51,746 bases of DNA from an uncultured Gammaproteobacteria bacterium (GTDB taxonomy: Bacteria; Patescibacteriota; Patescibacteriia; Patescibacteriales; UBA12465), in NCBI GenBank assembly GCA_964567645.1, contig CAZMNE010000002.1:1-51746 (forward strand), read 5' to 3'. Made by a program: the position numbers and the translations under genes. The notes beneath the pieces were generated by a model. The model was not told the origin of the DNA and did not search any database. It saw only the letters and a program-made list of their open reading frames with translations. This document shows positions 44,202 to 51,746 of the stretch, in pieces. Position 1 is the stretch's first letter, and each line of letters opens with the position of its first letter.

Positions 44202-45488
44202 ATGAAAGATAAAATTATTTCTAATCAAGAGGTTAAAGGTACTAAAGATTGGTTGCCGGAAGAAATGAATATTAGAAAATATATTTTCGATAAATGGCGC
44301 CAAGTTTGTCTTTCTTATGGCTTTGTAGAATATTTAACTCCTATTTTAGAAAATGCTGATATTTATCGAGCTAAATCTGGTGAAGATATCGGAGGTAAGG
44401 AATTGATGGTTTTTGTTGATCAAGCTGGTCGAGAATTGGCTATTCGTCCTGAGATGACCCCTAGTGTTGTTAGAATGGTTTCCAAAATTTACAATACTTC
44501 ACCCAAACCTTTAAAATTATTTTCTATCGCTAATTTTGTTAGAAATGAAAAACCACAAAGAGGTCGTAATCGGGAATTTTGGCAATTAAATTGTGATATT
44601 TTTGGCGATAATAATTTTTTATCTGAGTTAGAAATTTTGCAGATGAGTCTCGATTTAGTATTAGCCTTTAATCCGCCTAAAAATTCTTTTACTTTAAAGT
44701 TAAATCATCGAGGTTTAATTAATTATTTATTTGATTCAATAAAACTAGAAGATAGTCAAAAAATTTTAGTAATGCGCTTGATGGACAAATATAGTAAGAT
44801 GACTGGCGATGAGCTTATCAGTAAAATGGAAGGTTTGGGTTTGAATAATGAACAAATTGATAAAGTTTTGAAGTTTATTACTGTCAGCAGTTTAGAGGAA
44901 TTAATAAAAAATAATCCCGAAGTGGAAGAGACTTCAGCCTTTAAGTTATTATCAGAGATTATTGCTAAATTAAAAAAATTAGGTTACGGAGAGTATGTTA
45001 AATTTAGTCCCGAGGTTATTAGAGGTTTTGATTATTATGATGGTTTGGTTTTTGAGTTATTTGATAATCATGAAGATAATAATCGAGCTATGTTTGGTGG
45101 AGGTCGCTATAATGGTTTAGCTAATATTTTTGGAGGAGAGAGTTTTTCGGCTATTGGTTTTGCTCCTGGTGATGAAACTTTTAAATTATTTTTAGAGTCT
45201 TGGAATATCTTGCCAGAAATTAGTGTTAAAAGTGAAATATATTATTTACCAATTTTGTCTGAGTCACTAGAGGAGGATGTTCTATTTTTATCTAATAGTT
45301 TAAGAAAAGAGGGGAAATGTGTCGAAATTAGTTTTAATACTATAAAGATGTCTAAGGCCTTTGAATATGCTGATAAAAATAAAATTGGTTACGTTATTGT
45401 TTTGGGAGAAGATGAATTTAAAAAAGGTGAGTATAAAATAAAAAACATGAAGACTGGAGCAGAGGAGGTTTTTAAGTTTATTAAATAA
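44202..45488 (+). CDS. hisS: Histidine--tRNA ligase
   Basis: GTKDWLPEE, motif 1/2 region LAIRPEMTPSVVRM...FRNEKPQRGRNREFWQLNCDIFG, motif 3 GGGRYNGL...AIGFAPG, and a C-terminal anticodon-binding domain. Confidence 0.9.
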   Translation: MKDKIISNQEVKGTKDWLPEEMNIRKYIFDKWRQVCLSYGFVEYLTPILENADIYRAKSGEDIGGKELMVFVDQAGRELAIRPEMTPSVVRMVSKIYNTSPKPLKLFSIANFVRNEKPQRGRNREFWQLNCDIFGDNNFLSELEILQMSLDLVLAFNPPKNSFTLKLNHRGLINYLFDSIKLEDSQKILVMRLMDKYSKMTGDELISKMEGLGLNNEQIDKVLKFITVSSLEELIKNNPEVEETSAFKLLSEIIAKLKKLGYGEYVKFSPEVIRGFDYYDGLVFELFDNHEDNNRAMFGGGRYNGLANIFGGESFSAIGFAPGDETFKLFLESWNILPEISVKSEIYYLPILSESLEEDVLFLSNSLRKEGKCVEISFNTIKMSKAFEYADKNKIGYVIVLGEDEFKKGEYKIKNMKTGAEEVFKFIK

Positions 45489-45510
45489 TACAAATTTAAG
45501 TATTTATAAA

Positions 45511-45532
45511 AAAAGACCTTCTTAGGTCTTTT
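45511..45532. terminator. Bidirectional intrinsic terminator between hisS (+) and the 45541-48819 operon (-)
   Basis: Perfect 9-bp stem AAAAGACCT (45511-45519) / AGGTCTTTT (45524-45532) with a TCTT loop. A-run and T-run flanks allow function in both directions. Confidence 0.75.
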
Positions 45533-45540
45533 TTGGTTTT

Positions 45541-45813
45541 TTATTCATGTGGTATTTTTTTTATTTTTACATGATTAGAATTATTTTCACAGGATGGGCA
45601 GAAGCCAGTTTCGATATAATAATCCTCCCATTGTCCTCCTGTTTTTTTATTATTTTCTAAGTATTCTTCTGGCATAAGAAGAATTAGGGCTAGAGCAGTT
45701 TCAAAATCTACTAAAATAGTATTTTTACAATTTTTGCAAACCGCATAAGCACACATTTCTTTGGGAATAGGCTCTTTTAGCCTCTTTATAATATCCTTTG
45801 TCAAATAACTCAT
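45541..45813 (-). CDS. Hypothetical 90-aa protein with two CxxC pairs (zinc-ribbon-like)
   Basis: CKNC (C26/C29) and CPSC (C72/C75). Its start overlaps the upstream stop (TAATG). It is one of only two starts checked with any purine-rich SD-like element, and the only one with a canonical one (GGAGGA 9 nt upstream). No family was recognised. Confidence 0.6.
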   Translation of the reverse strand: MSYLTKDIIKRLKEPIPKEMCAYAVCKNCKNTILVDFETALALILLMPEEYLENNKKTGGQWEDYYIETGFCPSCENNSNHVKIKKIPHE

Positions 45814-46577
45814 TAATTGTTTTCCTCCATTTTTTGTTGGTATATTTCTATAATTTTTTTAGCAGTTTTTTTGATTAATTCTTGGTCCTCTAATCTTTTT
45901 CTAGAATAATTTTCATTTTCAGTAAAAATAACAATATCAGATAATGACATTCCACCAGCTCGAGCTTTTTCTTTTTGCTGCTCTATTTTTCCAGCTACTG
46001 AATTTTTAGTTATATCTAAACAAATTCTAATTTCTTTTTCTTTTTTTTCAGTATCTAGATATTTAAATTTTAGAAAAGCATCAACACCACTATAGTCTAA
46101 GTGGGAATTGACAGCGGTATAGTATTCTAAATCTTCATATTCTATCCCTAGTTCATCTACAATAGTGGCGTGAAGATCGTCGGCAAAATTAGTCAAAGGT
46201 TCGCTGGGGTCGGAATTATTTGGTTGACTTTTTTCAATTATTTTAAATTGTTCTTCTAGGCTTAATTCTTTTAAAAATTTATGTCTATTTTGGGAGACTC
46301 TGTCTTCTATGAACTTTTTAATTTTTTGAGAACTTTCTTCTTTTAATTCTTTATATTTTTGCGGATCCCTTCTTTTAAGTTTTAAAAGAAGTCCAACTGG
46401 ATCGTTACTATTTTTAAAAACTGAATAACTTTCGGCAATAAAAATTTCTTCTAGTTTTTCTTGGAGATTTTTTTTATATTTTCTATCGTCAATGGTCGCT
46501 AAAAGATTCTTTTCTAGCAAATTACCAGAATTTTCATTAAAAGTATGCATTAAAAAATTGTCTTCAAAATTATTCAT
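45813..46577 (-). CDS. Hypothetical 254-aa protein: charged/helical N-terminal half and mixed alpha/beta C-terminal half
   Basis: Long ORF with the typical AT-rich start context, 23 nt downstream of the GT4 gene. No signal peptide, TM segment or catalytic motif was recognised. Confidence 0.6.
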   Translation of the reverse strand: MNNFEDNFLMHTFNENSGNLLEKNLLATIDDRKYKKNLQEKLEEIFIAESYSVFKNSNDPVGLLLKLKRRDPQKYKELKEESSQKIKKFIEDRVSQNRHKFLKELSLEEQFKIIEKSQPNNSDPSEPLTNFADDLHATIVDELGIEYEDLEYYTAVNSHLDYSGVDAFLKFKYLDTEKKEKEIRICLDITKNSVAGKIEQQKEKARAGGMSLSDIVIFTENENYSRKRLEDQELIKKTAKKIIEIYQQKMEENN

Positions 46578-46600
46578 ATTTTTAAATTAGTTTATAGATA

Positions 46601-47713
46601 TTATAATAAATTATTATTTTTGTCAATAGTTTGGATATTTTCTCTTTTTTTTATTAATATATTTATTTTCTCGGTTAAGTCTTCTTCGTCATTGGGATAA
46701 AATATTAAGTCATTATCTAAATTTAATAATTCAGGTATTCCCCCTAAATTAGAGGCAATAATCGGTAGAGAAAAAGCCTGAGCCTCATAAATAACGGTCG
46801 GAGAGTTTTCGTAGCAATTAGATGGAACAATTAAGCTATCGCTCTTTTGTAATTCTAAGGCTATTTCTTCTTTGTTTTTTCTACCTAAAATTTTGATACG
46901 TTTGTCATTTTGGGAAATCAATTTTACTTTTTCTAATAATGGTCCATTTCCTATAATAGTTAGTCGAATATTAGAATTATCAATTTTTTTGAAAGTGTTA
47001 ATCAAAAAAATAATGCCTTTGTGCTGAGCCATTTGACCAATGAATAAAAAATTTATTATTTCTTTATCTTTCTTTATATTATCTGATCTTAAATTATCTA
47101 TATTAGAGAACGGTCTAGGATTTTTTTGTATTTTATTTTGACTATTGGGAAAATAATTTCTTTTTAAATGTTCTTGTAATAACCAATTAGAGGGGGATAT
47201 TATTAAGCCTGGAGAGCCAATAATTTTTTTTATTAATTTTTGATAGATTTTAGCTATAATGGAGTCAATTTTTTTTTCTTTTCCAAAAAATATTAAACCC
47301 GATGGATGAATTAATTGAATGTCATGTAAAATGTGATGATGCTTGATATTTAACTTCTTAATTATTTTAAAAGTTTTCCAGCCAATTCCCATTAAGTTAT
47401 TGGTTAAAATTAGAGCAGGCTTTTCTTTTTTTAATATCTCAATTAATTTTTTAGATTGATTAAAATTATAAAAATTTCCTATTTGCCAGAGAAGTCGATA
47501 GAGTAGGGGTTTTTTTTCTAGATTATAATAATCAGAATTGAGATAATAGGTTTTTGGTCCGGTATTAATTTCAGGCAAATTTTTTGGTTTAGTGGTTATT
47601 ATAATAACAGAGTTTCCCTGGTCTTGATATTGGGAAATAATTTTTTCACAAACCTTTTCAGCCCCTCCTTTTTGATATGGCTTATATAGATTGTTAATTA
47701 TGGCTATCTTCAT
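46601..47713 (-). CDS. Glycosyltransferase family 4 (GT-B)
   Basis: MKIAIINNLYKPYQKGGAEKV N-terminus and C-terminal LIVPSNCYENSPTVIYEAQAFSLPIIASNLGGIPELL (EX7E-type region). Confidence 0.85.
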   Translation of the reverse strand: MKIAIINNLYKPYQKGGAEKVCEKIISQYQDQGNSVIIITTKPKNLPEINTGPKTYYLNSDYYNLEKKPLLYRLLWQIGNFYNFNQSKKLIEILKKEKPALILTNNLMGIGWKTFKIIKKLNIKHHHILHDIQLIHPSGLIFFGKEKKIDSIIAKIYQKLIKKIIGSPGLIISPSNWLLQEHLKRNYFPNSQNKIQKNPRPFSNIDNLRSDNIKKDKEIINFLFIGQMAQHKGIIFLINTFKKIDNSNIRLTIIGNGPLLEKVKLISQNDKRIKILGRKNKEEIALELQKSDSLIVPSNCYENSPTVIYEAQAFSLPIIASNLGGIPELLNLDNDLIFYPNDEEDLTEKINILIKKRENIQTIDKNNNLL

Positions 47714-47718
47714 AGTTT

Positions 47719-48819
47719 TTATTGGAATAATTCTAATATTTTTATATTAATTACTTCCTCGGAGTATTTTTCTAGGGCTAATTTGTAAGCTTCTTGACTC
47801 ATATTTTGATAATTATTTTCATCTTCTAGTATTAGCTCTATTTTATTCCTTAAATCTTCAATATTTTTTGGCTCTATTAAAAGTCCCGATTTTTGATTTT
47901 CAAAAACAGTCCTGACTCCTGGTAAGTTTGAAGCAATAACTGGAGTTCCGCAGGACATCGCCTCTATGAGAACTATTCCAAAAGCTTCGTTGCTATTAAT
48001 GGAGGGCAATACTAATACTTTAGCGGTTTGATAGTTTTTTATTAATTCTTCCTTACTTATTTTTCCAATAAATTCAGTCTTATTATTTATTTTTAAATTA
48101 TTGGTTAAATTGATAAGATCTTTTTGTAACTCTCCTTGGCCAATTATTTTTAATTTCCAATTTGTATTTTTTATCTGGCTGATTGCTCTTATTAAAATAT
48201 CGACTCCTTTAAAATAATGAGCCTTATCTAGTCCACCAACAAATAGGACAATATTTTCTTTTTGAATATTTTCTAAGGGTTTGAATTCCTTGGTATCAAT
48301 AGAAAAGGGAATTTCTTTAAATTTATTTGAATATTTTCTATAAATTTTTTTTATTTGACTATTTTGAATATAGTCAAGCGAAGCGCTGACTATGTAATCA
48401 GCTTTTTTAAATAATGATTTTTTTATTATTTCTTCCGGCCAGCTTAAAATTTTGAATAAAATGTTTTTGTGCTTGACATCCATATGATAATGGATTATTA
48501 ATTTTTTTTGAGGATTAAATATTTTAAATAGCCAAATTATTAAAGCCGTCCCAAAAAAGGGATAATGGAAATAAATAGTATCAATTTTTTTTAAATTTTT
48601 TAAAAGAGAGAATAGAATTGCTCCATGACCTAATTTTAATAATGGCTTTAGCCTAATAATATTGTTTTTTTTGTCATCTTCTGAGCTATTGTTTTTAGTT
48701 TTGGTTGTAAAAACAAAACTCTCATGTTCGTTAGATAGCGTTTTTTGAATTTTTTGAGCTGAAGTGCCAATTCCTCCGGGATAGGGCGGATAGACACAAA
48801 CAATTTGAGCAATTTTCAT
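47719..48819 (-). CDS. Glycosyltransferase family 4 (GT-B)
   Basis: MKIAQIVCVYPPYPGGIGTSA N-terminus and C-terminal LVLPSINSNEAFGIVLIEAMSCGTPVIASNLPGVRTV. Confidence 0.85.
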   Translation of the reverse strand: MKIAQIVCVYPPYPGGIGTSAQKIQKTLSNEHESFVFTTKTKNNSSEDDKKNNIIRLKPLLKLGHGAILFSLLKNLKKIDTIYFHYPFFGTALIIWLFKIFNPQKKLIIHYHMDVKHKNILFKILSWPEEIIKKSLFKKADYIVSASLDYIQNSQIKKIYRKYSNKFKEIPFSIDTKEFKPLENIQKENIVLFVGGLDKAHYFKGVDILIRAISQIKNTNWKLKIIGQGELQKDLINLTNNLKINNKTEFIGKISKEELIKNYQTAKVLVLPSINSNEAFGIVLIEAMSCGTPVIASNLPGVRTVFENQKSGLLIEPKNIEDLRNKIELILEDENNYQNMSQEAYKLALEKYSEEVINIKILELFQ

Positions 48820-48844
48820 ATATTTTAATTTTTTGCTATATTAT

Positions 48845-50815
48845 ATGGGTATGGATATCATTAATTTTAAAAAAATTTGGTCTTATATGAGGAAAAATAT
48901 TCTAGTCGTTTTGTTATTGTTTTTATCTTTAGCGATTAATATTTCTTCAATTTTTTATTATTTTTATAGGCTCAATAATTTAGTGGTAATTTTTTCTTTG
49001 TTGGGGGCATTAGGATTAACTAGCCTATTTGTTTATTTTACCATTTCCTGTAAAGGTCAGCAAGAAAAATCAGTATTAGCAGTATTTTCTGATGATTATA
49101 ATAATAAATTATGGGTCTTTGTTAAAACATTATTAACTATTTCAATTTTAGCTTTATTTTATTTTTTATTTAAGATATTAGCCTCCTCTGGTAGTTTTTT
49201 GGCCATTAATTCTCCCTGGAGTTTTATTTCTGCTAATTTTTGGCTTTTATTATTTGGTTTATTAGTGTTATTGTTTATAAATTTTTATCTAAAAAGCCGA
49301 AGTTCTTATTTTTTTATAATTTTATTATATTTCTTATTTTTTTCTATTTCTTTTTTTGTTTACAAAATTGCCTTTGGCTACGATCAATTACTTCATCAAA
49401 GTGCTCTTAAGGAAATTATTAGTTCCGGCTTAATTGAACCTAAAACTATCTATTATATTGGGCAATATGTTTTAGAATTTCTTATTTTAAAAATTTGGCC
49501 TTTTTCTTTGGAGTCGTTAGATAAATTATTGGTTCCGATATTGTCAGCCTTGTTAATACCAATCACCTTTATTTTTAATTTTAAAAACAGAGGTTTTAAT
49601 AAAATGATTTGGCCATTATTGTTATTTTTAATTTTACCATTTTCTATTTTTACCTACACTGTTCCACAAAATTTAGCTTTTTTGTTCTTGTTAATTTTAT
49701 TATTGTTTTCTTTTAATAAATATTTTGTTAATAATCAGCATAATTTTTTATTTTTATTTTCCCTAGCTTTGACAATATTTTTTATTCATCCCTTAGCTGG
49801 AGTTCCAGCAATTATTTTTATTTTTATTTTCTGGCTTAATAGCCTCGTTGTTAATGGTATTAATGTAAAGATAAGATTACCTTTGTTTCTTGTTAAATTT
49901 TTAAAATATTTTTCTTATTTTTCTCAAATAATTATTTTACCATTATTATTAATATTTTCTGGCGGCCGACTAACTTCGATGTCTTTTAATATTTCTAATT
50001 GGGTGCCAAAGTTTTTAGGACAAGAAAATATTTTTTTAAATTTTATTTATTTTTTTGGTTTGAATAAGAATATCTGGCTATCATTATTGTTTTTGCTGGC
50101 AACATTTTTTGTGATCAAATATAATCGTCAGGACTTGAAGATTTTTTATTTTAATTCTAGCGCCTTATTGTTTTCTTATTTTCTAAGTTTATTTGTTGAT
50201 TTTCCTTTTTTAAGTCAGATTGATAAGGGTAGTTATGCTAATAGGATATTAATTATATCATTTCTATTTTTAATACCAATTTTTTATGAAATATTTATTT
50301 GTTTGATTAGGAAAATAAAGGAAGAAAAAATATTTTTTAAAATTATTATTCTGTTTTTTCTTTCTGGTCTATTATTATCTTCTTTGTATCTAAATTATCC
50401 TCGTAAAGACAATTATTTTAATTCTAGATCTTTTTCGGTGTCTCAAGATGATTTTATAGCAGTGAGATTTATTGAAGAGAATAAAGAAAATGATAATTAT
50501 ATTGTTTTAGCTAATCAACAGGTGGGGGCTAGCGCTATTAAAGAATATGGCTTTAAAAGATATTATGGCGAATGGTTTTATTATTCAGTCCAAACCGGAG
50601 GACTACCTTATGATTATTATTTAAAAATGATTGAAAATCCTAATAGGGATTTGATGATGGATTTAATTAAGGAGTTGGGAGCTGATAGTGTCTATTTGGT
50701 GGTAAATGATTATTGGTGGGGATTTGATAGAATTGTTCAGGAATTGAAAATAATATCTGATGAGACTTATGATATTAATAATGGAAAAATAAAAATATTT
50801 TATTTTAAAAAATAA
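48845..50815 (+). CDS. Large polytopic membrane protein (13 or more TM segments plus a ~130-aa C-terminal soluble domain); possibly a GT-C-like glycosyltransferase or glycan polymerase
   Basis: Very hydrophobic over about 500 aa, then a soluble tail (SFSVSQDDFIAVRFIEENKENDNYIVLANQQVGASAIKEYGF...). It is divergently transcribed from the GT4 pair with a gap under 30 nt. The start is ambiguous (TTG 48833, ATG 48845 or 48851). The function is inferred from context only. Confidence 0.55.
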   Translation: MGMDIINFKKIWSYMRKNILVVLLLFLSLAINISSIFYYFYRLNNLVVIFSLLGALGLTSLFVYFTISCKGQQEKSVLAVFSDDYNNKLWVFVKTLLTISILALFYFLFKILASSGSFLAINSPWSFISANFWLLLFGLLVLLFINFYLKSRSSYFFIILLYFLFFSISFFVYKIAFGYDQLLHQSALKEIISSGLIEPKTIYYIGQYVLEFLILKIWPFSLESLDKLLVPILSALLIPITFIFNFKNRGFNKMIWPLLLFLILPFSIFTYTVPQNLAFLFLLILLLFSFNKYFVNNQHNFLFLFSLALTIFFIHPLAGVPAIIFIFIFWLNSLVVNGINVKIRLPLFLVKFLKYFSYFSQIIILPLLLIFSGGRLTSMSFNISNWVPKFLGQENIFLNFIYFFGLNKNIWLSLLFLLATFFVIKYNRQDLKIFYFNSSALLFSYFLSLFVDFPFLSQIDKGSYANRILIISFLFLIPIFYEIFICLIRKIKEEKIFFKIIILFFLSGLLLSSLYLNYPRKDNYFNSRSFSVSQDDFIAVRFIEENKENDNYIVLANQQVGASAIKEYGFKRYYGEWFYYSVQTGGLPYDYYLKMIENPNRDLMMDLIKELGADSVYLVVNDYWWGFDRIVQELKIISDETYDINNGKIKIFYFKK

Positions 50816-50825
50816 TTCTTTTTAT

Positions 50826-51569
50826 ATGAATAAAATTGAAAATCATAAAAAAAATTGGGAAGCCCTGGGAGAGTCAGATCCTTTTTGGGCAGTATTATCT
50901 GATGATAGTAAGAGATTTAATAATTGGAATTTAGATGAGTTTATTAAAACCGGAGAGGCTGAGGTAGAAAATGTTTTTTCTCAGATGAAATCTTTGGGTA
51001 TCGGAATTAATCGAGGAGAAATATTAGATTTTGGTTGCGGGGTAGGACGCTTAGCTAGACATTGGTTAAAACATTTTGATAAATATAATGGAACAGATAT
51101 TTCTGAGGCGATGATAAAAAAGGCTCGAGATATTAATAAAGGTCTGGCGGTAGAATTCTTCTTGAATAATGATAATTTAGAAATATTTAATAATGATAAA
51201 TTTGACTTTATCTATTCGGGGATTGTTTTGCAACATTTACCTGATAAAGATTTTATTAAAAAATATATTTTAGAATTTAAAAGGATTCTAAAGCCGAGTG
51301 GAGGGTTAGTTTTTCAATTGCCTAGTAAAATTCCGTGGACTTTTCGTTTGCAGCCAATTAGGCGTTTGTACAATCTTTTAAATAAGATTGGTTTTTCGGA
51401 AAAATTTTTATATCAACAATTAGGTTTGTATCCTATTAAAATGAGTTTCATTTCAGAAAATGATATGAGAAAATTTTTAGAGGATAATGGCTTCAAGGTT
51501 TTAAGTATTAAAGAAGACACTTATTGTGGTCCTAGGGCTGAAAGCAGAACTTATTATTGTCAAAAGTAA
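50826..51569 (+). CDS. Class I SAM-dependent methyltransferase
   Basis: Motif I ILDFGCGVGRLARH, an acidic post-I residue (YNGTDIS), and motif II/III FDFIYSGIVLQHL...LKPSGGLVFQ. Confidence 0.85.
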   Translation: MNKIENHKKNWEALGESDPFWAVLSDDSKRFNNWNLDEFIKTGEAEVENVFSQMKSLGIGINRGEILDFGCGVGRLARHWLKHFDKYNGTDISEAMIKKARDINKGLAVEFFLNNDNLEIFNNDKFDFIYSGIVLQHLPDKDFIKKYILEFKRILKPSGGLVFQLPSKIPWTFRLQPIRRLYNLLNKIGFSEKFLYQQLGLYPIKMSFISENDMRKFLEDNGFKVLSIKEDTYCGPRAESRTYYCQK

Positions 51570-51615
51570 TTATGTCTTTTAATCAATAGCTTGAATGTAG
51601 GTCACCCAGCTTGGC

Positions 51616-51646
51616 AAAAGCATATCTAAATGATATGCTTTTTTGT
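51616..51646 (+). terminator. Intrinsic terminator after the methyltransferase gene
   Basis: Perfect 11-bp stem AAAAGCATATC (51616-51626) / GATATGCTTTT (51632-51642) followed by a T-run. Confidence 0.7.
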
Positions 51647-51691
51647 TATAGCACTTTCACAAAGAGGTTAAAATTAGGTTAATTATTAGCC

Positions 51692-51716
51692 TAAAAACCA
51701 CCAGCGTCAGCTGGTG
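51692..51716 (-). terminator. Intrinsic terminator (minus strand) ending the GC-richer RNA-like segment at the window edge
   Basis: 7-bp GC-rich stem CACCAGC (51699-51705) / GCTGGTG (51710-51716). On the minus strand it is followed by GUUUUU. Confidence 0.5.
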
Positions 51717-51746
51717 TGTGCGTTTGAAGCGAAGCTCTCGGGTTCT
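51717..51746 (-). ncRNA. rnpB: Possible 3' end of RNase P RNA (partial; continues beyond the window)
   Basis: The minus strand reads AGAACCCGAGAGCUUCGCUUCAAACGC. AGAACCCG matches the conserved 3' P4 strand (consensus ACAGAACCCGGCUUA). The segment is locally much more GC-rich than its surroundings and has no ORF, and a terminator follows directly. With only 30 nt visible, this is tentative. Confidence 0.3.

Noticed and set aside
1-51746. CRISPR arrays, tandem or interspersed repeats, IS elements, integrases, prophage or known defence genes.
   Set aside because: Reading all intergenic regions (the largest are 365, 178, 177, 160 and 126 nt), I found no repeat-spacer periodicity and no inverted terminal repeats. 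No ORF has transposase, integrase, recombinase, Cas, restriction-enzyme or abortive-infection motifs. A by-eye search cannot exclude diverged repeats inside genes.

Overview
This is a very AT-rich (about 30% GC by eye), tightly packed 51.7-kb chromosomal segment. I call about 50 protein genes, mostly in long co-directional runs with 1-25 nt gaps or small overlaps. There are also two tRNAs (Lys-UUU, Thr-UGU) and possibly the 3' tip of an RNase P RNA at the right edge. All identifications come from motif and family recognition by eye; no searches were run.

The content is largely housekeeping:
- Information processing: murA, rplU, recR, ybaB, dnaB, mtaB, rarA, ileS, ruvA, proS, hisS, prfA-prmC, rpmE.
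- Cell shape and stress: mreBCD, lemA-htpX, pyk.
- Envelope glycan genes: three tandem GT2 genes plus galU at the left end, then rmlC-B-D-A, three GT4 genes, a large polytopic membrane protein and a SAM methyltransferase on the right.

Several traits fit a genome-reduced Candidate Phyla Radiation (Patescibacteria)-like bacterium, but that assignment is inference: shortened enzymes (349-aa pyruvate kinase, 412-aa ProRS), a eukaryote-like type-2 IleRS, almost no Shine-Dalgarno motifs, and PEGA/DUF3048/LemA-type envelope proteins.

I found no CRISPR array, rRNA, transposase, integrase or recognisable defence system, and the standard genetic code fits.

The least explained parts are:
1. A translationally coupled pair of unrecognisable genes (254 aa plus a 90-aa 4-Cys zinc-ribbon protein) at 45541-46577, at the end of a GT4 operon.
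2. A MacAB/YknXYZ-like ABC module at 29562-35176. Its adaptor carries a helical insert of about 360 residues, it has two paralogous 418-aa permeases, a receiver-only regulator sits in front, and a second mreB follows.
3. A start-less 77-codon open frame at 9252-9485 with an outer-membrane beta-signal-like C-terminus and its own terminator, now overlapped by a tRNA promoter.
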